IMG/VR virus record: IMGVR_UViG_3300035698_010610
Span: 1 to 64,000 of that record
DNA from: a virus
Direction: 5' to 3' (one strand)
Length of the DNA stretch: 64,000 nucleotides
In this document: positions 18,651 through 27,845 of the stretch, in pieces
Layout of the letters: each line of letters starts with the position of its first letter
How positions within the stretch are numbered: the stretch's first letter is position 1
Notes under the pieces: generated by a model
Databases searched by the model: none
Told to the model about the DNA's origin: nothing
Seen by the model: the letters and a program-made list of their open reading frames with translations, nothing else
Position numbers and translations under genes: made by a program

Positions 18651-20324
18651 TCACCCAGTCTGCGGGCCGTCGGTGATGTAGGCGAACGCCGAGCCCAGAC
18701 GAAGCTGGCCGCCGTAGCGAGCCCGCATCGTGATGAGTTTGGTGTTTTTCAGGACCAACGTCTGGCCCTCGGTGGAAATGCGAATCTGCATCCCCAACCG
18801 GCGGAACAACCGATAGAAGCCGAAATTGCAGTACCCGATGTCACCATCGGTGATGTCGTTCTGGATCTTGCAGGACTTTTCGAGGAGCGTGTACGCCTCG
18901 TGGTCGTACCCAAGGATGCGGCGGGCGTCGTCCGTCGAAACCGGCACGCTGCGGGCACGACGGTACATCGTGTCGGTGGTCAGGAACGCACAGCGGCGAC
19001 CACCTTCCTTCCGCATCGCCTTCGACAGCCCGAAGATCATCTCCTCGAAGTCGCCGATGGTGAACGGTCCGCTCGTGGCGTTCGCCGAGGCCAGGACGTT
19101 CGTGCCGCTCGCCGAGAACACGCCCGTCGGCTGGCTCGTGCCGTTGCCGACAGCGATGCAATAGTCGAGCGTCTCGGCCAACTTCAGACCCATCCGCTGC
19201 GGGATGAGCGTGCCGAAGTTGATCGGCGAATCCTGCTCCCAGTCCATGCCGAGTTCGATGCCCATCTGCACCGGGTACATGGTCGTGTCCAGGTTCCCGA
19301 TCAGGCTGGTCGTCGTGATGAGCGACAAGCCGGAACCCTCGGCGGTTCCCCAGGTGACACTCGGGTCGGTCCAGGTCGAACCGTCCACGGCGTTCCCGCG
19401 AGAGAGGTTGATGATCTCGACCATCGGCACGAGTTCGCCTTCGAGGATCGGAGTCAGCGTGATCCGCTCATCGAACACGGTGGGAACGGCGTAGGTGCCG
19501 CCGCTGGTCGAGTCGTTCAGCAGCGCCTTGCGCTCGAACTCGGTCAACTTGCGGTCGCCGATGTCAACACCGCCATCGTCGAACGTGCCGACGAATTGCT
19601 CCTCGTGGAGGGCGTGGGCAACGAGGGCTTTCTCGTGCTCGTTCAGCACGTTCTCACCGCCTAGCTTCCACTTGAGCCACGCACCCATGATCGCCGTGTC
19701 CTTCTGGCTCGGCTCGTCCAGAGCGCGACCTCCGAACGTGGCGGGCATTCCGGCCATCGGATGCCGGGAGCCATTGGACTTCCGGTCAGGGCAGATGCAC
19801 TGCTTCTTGCTGTGGTCGTACCGCTCGGTGGCGGCCTTCATGCGAATGCGGGCCGGGCTCTCGTTGGCCGACTGGTGGCCACGCAACATCGCCATGTCGG
19901 CGAAGTTGGGCTCGGCGTCCCCGGCGGGGGTGAGGTTCAGCCCGGCGATCTTTTTCTCGACGGCCGCATTGATGGCCTTCAGGGTGTCCTCTTCGCTCGG
20001 CCCAGCGGGCGTGGGGGGAGTCGCGGCCGGGGTGGCCGGGGCAGCCTTCTGGTCGGCCAGCTTGGCGATACCGGCGGCCATTTGCCCCATCGCCGTCACC
20101 AGCGGACTCATCGACTCAGCAACCCCCTTCGCGGTGCGGTCGGCGATCTCCTTCGCCATGTCGGCCAGCGCTGCCTTCGGTTCGGCTTCCAACTCGGCCA
20201 GCCGCTCCTTCGTCAGCGTCTTGTCCTCCAGTGCTTTGTCGATGGCGGCCTTGAAAACTTCGTCGGTTGCGTCGGCGGCCACGCCCAGATGCTTGATGGC
20301 CCACGCCTTGGTCTTGTCTTTCAT
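18651..20324 (-). CDS. HK97-fold major capsid protein with long N-terminal scaffold domain
   Basis: TSGGTYAVPTVF, WGTAEG, GNGTSQPTGV, ITMRARYGG; helical/Pro-rich N-terminus. Confidence 0.9.
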   Translation of the reverse strand: MKDKTKAWAIKHLGVAADATDEVFKAAIDKALEDKTLTKERLAELEAEPKAALADMAKEIADRTAKGVAESMSPLVTAMGQMAAGIAKLADQKAAPATPAATPPTPAGPSEEDTLKAINAAVEKKIAGLNLTPAGDAEPNFADMAMLRGHQSANESPARIRMKAATERYDHSKKQCICPDRKSNGSRHPMAGMPATFGGRALDEPSQKDTAIMGAWLKWKLGGENVLNEHEKALVAHALHEEQFVGTFDDGGVDIGDRKLTEFERKALLNDSTSGGTYAVPTVFDERITLTPILEGELVPMVEIINLSRGNAVDGSTWTDPSVTWGTAEGSGLSLITTTSLIGNLDTTMYPVQMGIELGMDWEQDSPINFGTLIPQRMGLKLAETLDYCIAVGNGTSQPTGVFSASGTNVLASANATSGPFTIGDFEEMIFGLSKAMRKEGGRRCAFLTTDTMYRRARSVPVSTDDARRILGYDHEAYTLLEKSCKIQNDITDGDIGYCNFGFYRLFRRLGMQIRISTEGQTLVLKNTKLITMRARYGGQLRLGSAFAYITDGPQTG

Positions 20325-20364
20325 CACGCGATCCTCAAAAAGTGACACGGGCCGTGCCCGCTTT

Positions 20365-21441
20365 TCATCCAACGAGCAGCCCAGCGGCTGCGCCGTATTC
20401 CTCCGCCTCGCGGCGGTTCATTTCTGCTTCGAGTTCCGGCATCGTGGCGCACGCCAACGACTTGTCGATGTCGATGACCTTGACCGGCTCCGTGGCTTTG
20501 CCGTCTCCGTCCTCTTCGTCCAATTGCTCCAGCACCGCATCGAGCTTCGTCATGGCGTCGTGGGCCATCGTCGTGACGGCTTTCACCGGCATGTTTTCGC
20601 CGTTGTGGGCAATGAGCAGGCAGGACTCGCGAGCGTCGCGGATGCGGCCCTCGTTGGCCTTGGACAACGTCCGTCCGCTTTTCTCGGTGGCAACGGTGGG
20701 CGGGAGCGTGACGGGAAACAACTTCTCGCGCTGGCGGATGTCAGGCAGGCGATTGCCCCATAGCTCGGCCAACGCCTTGACGGCGGGGTCGTGGAGCTTG
20801 GCGTCCTCAATGGCCGTGATAACCGCGTCGGCATTCGACGGGACGCTGACCAGCGACACCTCCATGATTTCGTACTTGGTGATGTGCCAACCCAGGAAGT
20901 CTTCCGCGTCATCCCCTTTGCCGCCCTTGGTGCGCTCCTCGTATTCCTCCGGGTTAAACCCGTGGGAGATTCGCAGCGCACCGAACTTGACCATCTCGGC
21001 GGCTTCCCGGCCGAGGGGCGTGTCGGCGATGGCGAAGCGGGCAGATACCCGCTTCGTGTTCTGTCCGAGAACGCCCACTAGTTTGCCGATGGGATGCATG
21101 GGGCTATGCTGCCACAACAGCGGCGAGCGTTCGTCAACGCGGGCCCCCTTCGGCTCCAGAATGTCACCGTCGCGGTCGATGCGGTTGGAGGTCACGATGG
21201 CGTCGAACTCCATGATCGCGCCTTCGGTCTTGACCTTCGACGCCCGCTTCACGGGGAACATATCCGGAGCGCAATACGTCATCACCCGCTCGGCCGCCTT
21301 CAGCACCGCTGACCATTCGGCCGGATCAACGTCGAGCGTTTCGGGGGACAACCCCTTGAGATACTGCGCGGCCGTTCCGATTCCCCATCGCTTTTTATTC
21401 TTGCGTGCGGCCAGTTCGGTGAGCAGTTCTTCGAGCACCAT
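20365..21441 (-). CDS. HK97-family prohead protease
   Basis: DRDGDILEPKG, PLLWQH...PIG, ISHGF, EVSLVSVPSNADA. Confidence 0.9.
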   Translation of the reverse strand: MVLEELLTELAARKNKKRWGIGTAAQYLKGLSPETLDVDPAEWSAVLKAAERVMTYCAPDMFPVKRASKVKTEGAIMEFDAIVTSNRIDRDGDILEPKGARVDERSPLLWQHSPMHPIGKLVGVLGQNTKRVSARFAIADTPLGREAAEMVKFGALRISHGFNPEEYEERTKGGKGDDAEDFLGWHITKYEIMEVSLVSVPSNADAVITAIEDAKLHDPAVKALAELWGNRLPDIRQREKLFPVTLPPTVATEKSGRTLSKANEGRIRDARESCLLIAHNGENMPVKAVTTMAHDAMTKLDAVLEQLDEEDGDGKATEPVKVIDIDKSLACATMPELEAEMNRREAEEYGAAAGLLVG

Positions 21442-21532
21442 TTTCGTCCCTTCCAAGGTTCGTTGGCGTGCAAGCTAGCGGGTTTTGCACAGGAGGGTCA
21501 AGACGAATCTGGGGTATGCCGCTGCGGAGGGG

Positions 21533-21829
21533 CTACCCGACAGCACCATCGGGGAGCTTCACGGCAACCGGGCCGCTGGTTTCCACGCTGAGGTATTCCT
21601 CAAAGACTTCATCAGCCATGATTGCAACGAAGGACAGCGGGTCTGTCTTGTGGTCCTCTGGGATCACTGACGACACGGCTGCCGACACAACAGGCGTCCC
21701 TTGCAGCGCGTCTGCGATGGCCTCGAAATGGGCAATGACACCCGCCTCCCCAGACAGCACTCCGTCAACAAACTCCACCGTCGTCGGAGTCAAGCCTCGC
21801 CGCCAGATGCCGGTGATTAGGATTCTCAT
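21533..21829 (-). CDS. small acidic protein coupled to the MuF fusion (candidate immunity protein)
   Basis: ATGA overlap with the MuF stop; 98 aa; role inferred from position. Confidence 0.45.
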   Translation of the reverse strand: MRILITGIWRRGLTPTTVEFVDGVLSGEAGVIAHFEAIADALQGTPVVSAAVSSVIPEDHKTDPLSFVAIMADEVFEEYLSVETSGPVAVKLPDGAVG

Positions 21830-24800
21830 AATGCCAACAGCACCCCCAGGGCGAAGTTTGTGTAATCGCTGTCTTTCCAATACTTCGCAAACTTCCCGCC
21901 GCCGAAAAACGACTCCATTGCCATCGACATGATTTCGGTGCTTCCCGACGAGTAGGTCTTGCCGCAGTATTTGTCGGGGAACTTACCGTCCTTGTATTTC
22001 TCGCCGTCGTTCCACGGAAGGTCTTTCGTTGATTGCCCCTGCGTCCTCCGCTGAACGAATCTATTCTCTGCTGTCCGCAGCCGCATTCGCCCGCCGTTGG
22101 CTTTGAGGTTCCTTGCATGCCAGTGCGCCATTTCATGCGACGCTTCGTTGACGGCTCGCTTCGGCGTGGCTTTCCTGCCCAGGTAAATGTCGTTAGTAGA
22201 GTACGAAAAGTACGCACGGTCGTCCATCGCGGCTTCGATATAGTAGCTTTCACCCCCCTCCCATTCCTTGTGGTACCACTGTGTCGGATAGTCCTGCCTT
22301 GCCTTGTCTACTCCAGCCTTGATTCCCTTCGCCTTCCTTGACTTGGCACCACCGAAACTATCCCATGAAAACGCATACTCGTGCCCTGTGTCCTTCACGC
22401 CGAAGTCCCGACATTCAGCCATCACCTTCCGGAGCTTGTCTGCTTTCTCGGCAGGAGTGTTGCCGGTGTTTTCTATCGCCTTCCGTACCTGAGTAAGCTC
22501 CCTCCTGATTTCTTTCACTTGCGCCGCTTCGGAGGCAGACATCTCTTCAATCGGACGCCGCTTGCCAATAGCGAGCAAATCGTCGACTAGCGACTCTGCT
22601 TGCTGTTTGAGAACTTTTTCAGCAGCCTGACCCTCTCTGAATGCGGCGTCTAAGTGCTCCCGCACTATGTTGCCCACAGCCCTGATGTCATCTTCTGTTT
22701 CAATGCCCGCAGCAACTTTGCGGCGAACTTCCTGGCCAATTGCCTGCACGGGGTCGTTCATGTCGACCGTTTTGCGGCCCGTGAACAAATAGTCGTCCGG
22801 CACAACAACGTCCTGAATCGCGTCCGTTGCCCCGGCAGGTACACTTGCCACTTCAGCTTCGGCTCCACCTGTTGCCAATTGGCCAGCCGTTGGCAGCGGC
22901 AATTGCACAAGCTGCGGAGGCGGTGCCACGCTGTCCGGCCATCCGCCATACGCTCCCGGCTCGGATTGATCGAACTCGGTCGGGACGGACAATGTCGTGC
23001 AGCGGCAGTTTGACAAACACGCACCGTTCGCTATAATGAGGCCGGTTTCAGATTGGAGGTCATAAACCCAATGCGAAAACTCAAACTCCCGAATGTGCAA
23101 CACCTCATCAAGATGCACAAGGCCGGAAGAACTGTCCAGCAAATCGCTAACGACATCGGCTGCTCGGTCTCGCCAATCTATCGGGCTTTCTTGGCTGGAG
23201 GCTACCGCCCCCCTCGTCGTATATCCTTGAACGTCAATGCCCTTGCTGCTGACTACACAGGAGGCATGTCGCTCAAATCCCTGGCCAGCAAGCATGGCGT
23301 TGCCCGCAATGTAATTGCCCTTCGCCTCCAAGAAGCTGGCGTCGAACTCCGAGGCAGGAGCGATGCGGAGCGGCTGAAATGGGTGACACTCAAAACCAGT
23401 CGGGCTGCCGTTATCAGGCAATGCGGCCCCGCCTGGAAAGCCGCCGTTGCCGATGTGCCCGACATCCCGATTGATGCGTGCGTCGAATCTCACCCCGGCT
23501 ACAAACGGGCTGCGGCTGGCAAGTTCGCGAGGCAGTCTGGCATTTACCCGAACGAACAAGCCGTGGCCACGTTCCTGCGGCACAGCGGCACAGACATGCT
23601 GCACCAGTTCCCCGTTGGGCCGTACAATCTCGACTTGGCCCTTGATACCGAATTGATCGCCGTGGAAGTCTGCTGCCTCCCGGCCCACACGTTCAACAAC
23701 AAGCCCGCAGCCCGAACCCGCACGGAAATGCAACGCCTCGAATACATCTTGAATCGCGGCTGGTTCGTCGCGTACCTGATCGGCATAGCTCGCGTCGGCC
23801 GTTACAGGTTCGACCTGTCCGTGATGGGTGGCGACTTGCTCGCCTTGCTGAAGGTCGCCCGCGGCGATAAAACCACGCGAGGTAAGTACGGGGTGGTTTG
23901 GGGTTACGGTGAACCGCCTGCCGCTGCGAAGTATGACTTCAAGGGCCTGCCCTTCGTACCAGGCTTTGGTGCCTGCTACAAATGATCCTCGCACCTTGTT
24001 GCCCGGAAGAATGCAGTGGCATCGCTCCTTCCCTGGCAATGAATGGTGGCCGGGGAACGGTGCAGGAGAAGCACCAACCATGAACACGCCGGTCGGGAAA
24101 TCCTTCGGCACCCGTTTCCCGTGCAGGTCCGCGTGGGACTGGCGGGTATACTGGTCGAACGTCGCCGACCATTCCAGTTGCATCGCAGTCCCGTCGCTGA
24201 CCATCTCCTGATGTTGGACGTGGTGCCCGGAATTCCATGCGCCGCCGCTTTCCGTACGGCCGATGAGTTCCCCTCTGCGGCTGTTGCTATTGAGCCCTAA
24301 CACGCCGTCGGGGTTGCCGTCGCCGATCCGCACGCCCATCTGGTATAGATTCTCACCCTGCGACATTGAGGTGTTGATGGCGGTCGCCAAATTGTTGCGC
24401 GTCGTCATCGACATATCTTGCCAGTACGGCCGGGCCATGATCGTGTTGACCTCAGCCCTGACGGCGGCTTGCGTTTGCGGCGATAGCGTCACCATCAACT
24501 CGTCGATGGGCTTCGCGGCGCGGCGGGGACTCATGCCGAACACGCTGGCGAATATCGCACCATGAACCGCCAAGCCGAGCATGTGCGGGGTCGCAACCCG
24601 GAATAGCTCATCATTCCAGTATTGCGTATCGTAGACCACGTCCACAATGCCGCCGGACGCTGCCGCTCGCTTGAATGCCAGTGACGACGCGGACTTGTGG
24701 AACACGTTGCCGAGACGCACAAGGATTTCCGGACGCATGGCCTCGAACATCGCGGCAATGTCTACTGCCATGTCCCGCTCAAGGCTGTCGAGCTTGCGGA

Positions 24801-26382
24801 CCTGAGCGGTCGCGACACGCTTGGCAAACGTGTAGAATTTGTCCTTCCGCCAAAGCGGTGCGGCCACTGCCGCAGCGGGCTCGCCTTCCTCATCACCGCC
24901 TTCGGCGGCCCCGCCGGATTGTGATCGCCCTTGCCCGCTGCCGTCGTTAGCTCCACAACCCTGGCGAGGCGGTGGCGCGGACGCCGGATCGCGGATAGGC
25001 GTAAACACCTGATTCGCTGGCATCGGCAGATCGGCACCAGCACCTTTCGGCAGTTCTTCGAGTTGGCCGATGTTCACCCGTAGCTCGTCACGGTCCACGG
25101 CGCCGTACTTCGCCAGCAGAGCAAAGTCCTTCCGCCGCTCCTCGGGATCGTTCGGGCGGTATGCGTCCAGCCAGACGTACAGCCTCTCACCGGCCGGGGC
25201 GAAGATGGGGCGAAGCCACTTTGTCAGCACCTGACTCAGTAGTTCGATCTTCGGGTTGATCGTGAAGTCCGCGAAGTGCTCCCTGGCAACGGCAGACGCC
25301 GCACGGCTCATTTGCTCCACGCTGCCGATGATGGCCGGGTTCGTCCCGTGGCCTTGCGTGATGCGGTCCTTTGTGATCCTGCCGGAGCCGCCGAAGTCCA
25401 ATTCCGCCGGGCCGTGGCTGATCTGCTTCACGTCCTTGATAAGCGCGTCGAGAAGCAGCGGTTCCCCGTATTTGTGAACGCCGCCATAATACTGCCGGAC
25501 CGCCGCGTGGATCTGTTGGCGCTGTTCGCGCTCAAGCAGGGGCTTGCCCTCGTCTTCGCCGTCCTCGTCGGTGATGTCGCCGACAATGAGTGCTAACGTC
25601 GGATGGACGCCGTTCTTGAACGTGACCTCCTGAGCGGTCTGCATCGCCTCGTCAGCGAGGACGGCCCTGCGGTTTGCAGCCAGCGGACTGACGCTTCCGA
25701 GCGGATCGCCTGGGTCGGGGTAGGAGAAGTAAACCACCTCGTGGGCTGGACGGACGATCGGCTGCCCGGTCCCACGAGGTGTAATCGCCCACCCCGAAAA
25801 TGCTCCCTTCTTTTTGTCGTGGACCGGGGCCACCCAACTCTTCGGCAGCGGCCAGAGTCGGGCCTGACCATTCTCCCGTGTGATCCACCAGTAGGCTTCA
25901 CCGACCAACTCCAAGGACGCTACCGTGGAGTACCACACCGCCCACCCGGTCAATGCGGGGTTCGGGTCTTCCAGTAGATCGAGGATCGGGTGCTGTTCGT
26001 AAACCTGCAAATTCTCGGCGGCCGACTTGAGGTACCGCGGCGCGTTGCGGGCGGCGAACATCCTCCGCATCCGCTCCTTCGGGTCATCAATCGACAGAGA
26101 ACGGATGCCCGGTTCAACCGCAACACGCAGCGCCTGACCGGCGATGGCTTGACAGATCGGCCGAACGCTCGAATACACCCACCCACGAAACCATTGATAG
26201 TCCTGGCCTTGCGCGTTGCCGTCGGTGAGGATCGCCAGCGGGCTCGTATTCATCGCGTCCAAGGCAATGCCGCCGGATGCCAGACCGGCATCCCGTTGGG
26301 CGGGCGGCGAATAGCTCCGAGCATGGATGGCGATGCGATCCGCCGCGACCGATGCATTCCGATAGATCGTGTCGAGAGACAT
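21826..26382 (-). CDS. portal-MuF fusion with intein and C-terminal HEXXH (zincin-like) domain
   Basis: portal motifs (VYSSVRPI, HPILDLLEDPN, LVGEAYW, GSVSPL); MuF motifs (IGRTE, EWSATFDQYTRQSHADLHG, CH/CRC); HEMAH...EIMSMAME; 1518 aa from MSLDT after GGAG. Confidence 0.88.
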   Translation of the reverse strand: MSLDTIYRNASVAADRIAIHARSYSPPAQRDAGLASGGIALDAMNTSPLAILTDGNAQGQDYQWFRGWVYSSVRPICQAIAGQALRVAVEPGIRSLSIDDPKERMRRMFAARNAPRYLKSAAENLQVYEQHPILDLLEDPNPALTGWAVWYSTVASLELVGEAYWWITRENGQARLWPLPKSWVAPVHDKKKGAFSGWAITPRGTGQPIVRPAHEVVYFSYPDPGDPLGSVSPLAANRRAVLADEAMQTAQEVTFKNGVHPTLALIVGDITDEDGEDEGKPLLEREQRQQIHAAVRQYYGGVHKYGEPLLLDALIKDVKQISHGPAELDFGGSGRITKDRITQGHGTNPAIIGSVEQMSRAASAVAREHFADFTINPKIELLSQVLTKWLRPIFAPAGERLYVWLDAYRPNDPEERRKDFALLAKYGAVDRDELRVNIGQLEELPKGAGADLPMPANQVFTPIRDPASAPPPRQGCGANDGSGQGRSQSGGAAEGGDEEGEPAAAVAAPLWRKDKFYTFAKRVATAQVRKLDSLERDMAVDIAAMFEAMRPEILVRLGNVFHKSASSLAFKRAAASGGIVDVVYDTQYWNDELFRVATPHMLGLAVHGAIFASVFGMSPRRAAKPIDELMVTLSPQTQAAVRAEVNTIMARPYWQDMSMTTRNNLATAINTSMSQGENLYQMGVRIGDGNPDGVLGLNSNSRRGELIGRTESGGAWNSGHHVQHQEMVSDGTAMQLEWSATFDQYTRQSHADLHGKRVPKDFPTGVFMVGASPAPFPGHHSLPGKERCHCILPGNKVRGSFVAGTKAWYEGQALEVILRSGRRFTVTPNHPVLTSRGFIAAGDLQQGEQVATHHGQVEPVTADASYADQVRDEPAAIQDVFEALHFRAGSGCGLVVERVGREAADFHGDQFGIKGQVEIVRPNGELVQHVCAAVPQERGHGLFVRVNARLPRELASRSPFVAGVRFDARINRDVGHIGNGGFPGGAALPDNGSPTGFECHPFQPLRIAPASEFDASFLEAKGNYIAGNAMLAGQGFERHASCVVSSKGIDVQGYTTRGAVASSQESPIDWRDRAADVVSDLLDSSSGLVHLDEVLHIREFEFSHWVYDLQSETGLIIANGACLSNCRCTTLSVPTEFDQSEPGAYGGWPDSVAPPPQLVQLPLPTAGQLATGGAEAEVASVPAGATDAIQDVVVPDDYLFTGRKTVDMNDPVQAIGQEVRRKVAAGIETEDDIRAVGNIVREHLDAAFREGQAAEKVLKQQAESLVDDLLAIGKRRPIEEMSASEAAQVKEIRRELTQVRKAIENTGNTPAEKADKLRKVMAECRDFGVKDTGHEYAFSWDSFGGAKSRKAKGIKAGVDKARQDYPTQWYHKEWEGGESYYIEAAMDDRAYFSYSTNDIYLGRKATPKRAVNEASHEMAHWHARNLKANGGRMRLRTAENRFVQRRTQGQSTKDLPWNDGEKYKDGKFPDKYCGKTYSSGSTEIMSMAMESFFGGGKFAKYWKDSDYTNFALGVLLAL
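23010..23060 (+). promoter_or_regulatory. consensus sigma70 promoter and RBS for the antisense endonuclease
   Basis: TTGACA 23010-15, 16-bp spacer, TATAAT 23032-37, GGAGGT 23055-60, ATG 23071. Confidence 0.8.
23071..23985 (+). CDS. HTH + DUF559/Vsr-like endonuclease, antisense and nested in the intein
   Basis: two HTH-like segments (TVQQIANDIGCSVSPI; SLKSLASKHGVARNVI); NEQAV...HQFPVGPYNLDLAL...IAVEV...H...ILNRGWFV. Confidence 0.8.
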   Translation: MRKLKLPNVQHLIKMHKAGRTVQQIANDIGCSVSPIYRAFLAGGYRPPRRISLNVNALAADYTGGMSLKSLASKHGVARNVIALRLQEAGVELRGRSDAERLKWVTLKTSRAAVIRQCGPAWKAAVADVPDIPIDACVESHPGYKRAAAGKFARQSGIYPNEQAVATFLRHSGTDMLHQFPVGPYNLDLALDTELIAVEVCCLPAHTFNNKPAARTRTEMQRLEYILNRGWFVAYLIGIARVGRYRFDLSVMGGDLLALLKVARGDKTTRGKYGVVWGYGEPPAAAKYDFKGLPFVPGFGACYK

Positions 26383-26392
26383 GCGGCAACTC

Positions 26393-26659
26393 CTACTGTC
26401 TGCCGGTGCGGCGGGTACTCTCAGCAATGTCGGCTAGCCCGCGGTGCCTGATCCGCTCCAACTCCCCGGCGATCAATTCCGCTTCGTGGTTGGCGACACG
26501 GGCATCCGCCTCCAGCATTTTGATCCTGGCCCGAAGGTCCGTGATCTCGTCTTGCTGGACCGCCACAGCTCTCGCAAGGCGAACCTCCTCGGCCGATCTC
26601 CGCGCTGCGTTCATCCAACGGCAAATCGCCGCCGTCATCCTCAACTGTAGTTGCCACAT
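26393..26659 (-). CDS. small coiled-coil protein, first gene of the late operon (probably leaderless)
   Basis: EITDLRARIKMLEAD; ATG begins 7 nt after the -10 box. Confidence 0.55.
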   Translation of the reverse strand: MWQLQLRMTAAICRWMNAARRSAEEVRLARAVAVQQDEITDLRARIKMLEADARVANHEAELIAGELERIRHRGLADIAESTRRTGRQ

Positions 26660-26665
26660 GGGGGC

Positions 26666-26694
26666 GTTGTAGCATGCAGGCCCGGCCGATACAA
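26666..26694 (-). promoter_or_regulatory. promoter for the structural operon
   Basis: TTGTAT-N17-TACAAC with TG extension. Confidence 0.55.
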
Positions 26695-26736
26695 GATGAA
26701 GCATGGAGCGGGGGCGAATTGCTTCCATCCAACCCG

Positions 26737-26745
26737 TGGTATAAT
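26737..26745 (+). promoter_or_regulatory. extended -10 promoter for the plus-strand island
   Basis: TGGTATAAT. Confidence 0.55.
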
Positions 26746-26768
26746 TGCTTTCCAGATTGCGGCTCGAC

Positions 26769-26795
26769 CACATCGACTACCTGGTTGTCGATGTG
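26769..26795. repeat. 27-bp palindrome, copy 1
   Basis: CACATCGACTACC-T-GGTTGTCGATGTG; near-identical to 60224-60250. Confidence 0.8.
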
Positions 26796-26834
26796 CCCCC
26801 TTTTTTGTCGCAAACGCCTCCACGGACTGGACTT

Positions 26835-27368
26835 ATGCCGCCTCGCGATGTCAAGCGAATCTTCTACCGCGCACTGGTCACGGAGCCCGAGCCGGCGAAC
26901 GTCGACCTTGAATTGACCGTGCTGGGCAAGGTCGCAGCAGAACCGGCCGTCGCCGCGTGGGCGGTCCCGTTCTTGAGCGTCGGGGACTTCACAGATCGGG
27001 AATGCCGCCGCCGGTTTGCTGCCGTCAAACGGGAATGGAAGATGGAACCCACGAGAACCGCATCGGCCGACTCGTATGATGTTGTGATGCGGTTGCGGAG
27101 ACTGACGGCCGAACGGACGGCACGTCAACTCGCATGGCGGTTCGTTCGGTCAGCACACAACATGTCGCCCGAGAAGTTCGCCGACTACGTTATCGAACGG
27201 CTCGGGCAATTCCGCGAACGCCTTGGGGAATCGGGGCTGGGAGGATCGAATGGCCTACAGGTTGAACACGGGCAATCAGGCAAAGCTGCCGGAAGCACCA
27301 CCGAACGCAAGGGGACATCGGGCCCGCCACGAGCCGGGAAAGATGAACAGCCTGGAAAAGCGGTATAG
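26835..27368 (+). CDS. protein with a DnaB N-terminal-like domain
   Basis: PANVDLELTVLG...FLSVGDFTDRECRRRFAAV resembles DnaB_N; start uncertain. Confidence 0.5.
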   Translation: MPPRDVKRIFYRALVTEPEPANVDLELTVLGKVAAEPAVAAWAVPFLSVGDFTDRECRRRFAAVKREWKMEPTRTASADSYDVVMRLRRLTAERTARQLAWRFVRSAHNMSPEKFADYVIERLGQFRERLGESGLGGSNGLQVEHGQSGKAAGSTTERKGTSGPPRAGKDEQPGKAV

Positions 27369-27636
27369 CGAAGAACTTGACTTGCGGTTGCTGGCTGGCG
27401 AGGTGTTATGGTGGCGGTTTGAACCGCTCAAGCTACGGCTCGCGAATGGTACGTTCTACACCGCCGACTTCCTGGTCATGCTGGCGGACCGAACGCTTGA
27501 GGTTGTTGAGGTCAAGGGCGGCCACTGGGAAGATGATGCACGGGTCAAATTCAAAGTCGCCGCAGAACAGTTCCCGATCTTCCGCTTCCGCGCCGTGCAA
27601 TGGAAGGGGAAGGAACGCACAGAGGAAGTCCGATGA
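27250..27636 (+). CDS. PD-(D/E)XK nuclease (DUF1064-like)
   Basis: MNSLEKRY, YTADFLV, VVEVKG, ARVKFK; GGAGG RBS. Confidence 0.8.
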   Translation: MAYRLNTGNQAKLPEAPPNARGHRARHEPGKMNSLEKRYSEELDLRLLAGEVLWWRFEPLKLRLANGTFYTADFLVMLADRTLEVVEVKGGHWEDDARVKFKVAAEQFPIFRFRAVQWKGKERTEEVR

Positions 27637-27845
27637 GCTACACAGTCATTCCGGAGATGGCGTGTTTGCGGTGCAAAGGCCCCATCGTCGTGACTAAAAG
27701 CGGGCTCTGCTGCACGCAATGCGACGCCCCGATAGAACTGCTTAGCCGTCGCGAATTGCAACGGCTCAAGAGGACGCACCCGGGCCGCGTTATGCGATAC
27801 GGCGGTTGGCAACCACAACCCAAACCGGAGGAACCAGAATGCTGA
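27633..27845 (+). CDS. small zinc-ribbon protein
   Basis: CLRC...CTQC; ATGA overlap. Confidence 0.55.
   Translation: MSYTVIPEMACLRCKGPIVVTKSGLCCTQCDAPIELLSRRELQRLKRTHPGRVMRYGGWQPQPKPEEPEC

Larger units (their letters stand above)
23008..24015 (-). mobile_element. intein (336 aa) in the MuF domain, no in-frame endonuclease
   Basis: starts CILPG; block B FTVTPNHPVLT; block F VYDLQS; ends IANGACLSN with +1 Cys; removal restores ERCH-CRC. Confidence 0.88.

Noticed and set aside
18507-21478. Long plus-strand ORFs (385, 422, 378 aa) opposite the capsid and protease genes
   Set aside because: No motifs or expression signals; expected shadows of GC-rich codon usage. The intein antisense ORF differs in having domain motifs, a promoter and an RBS.
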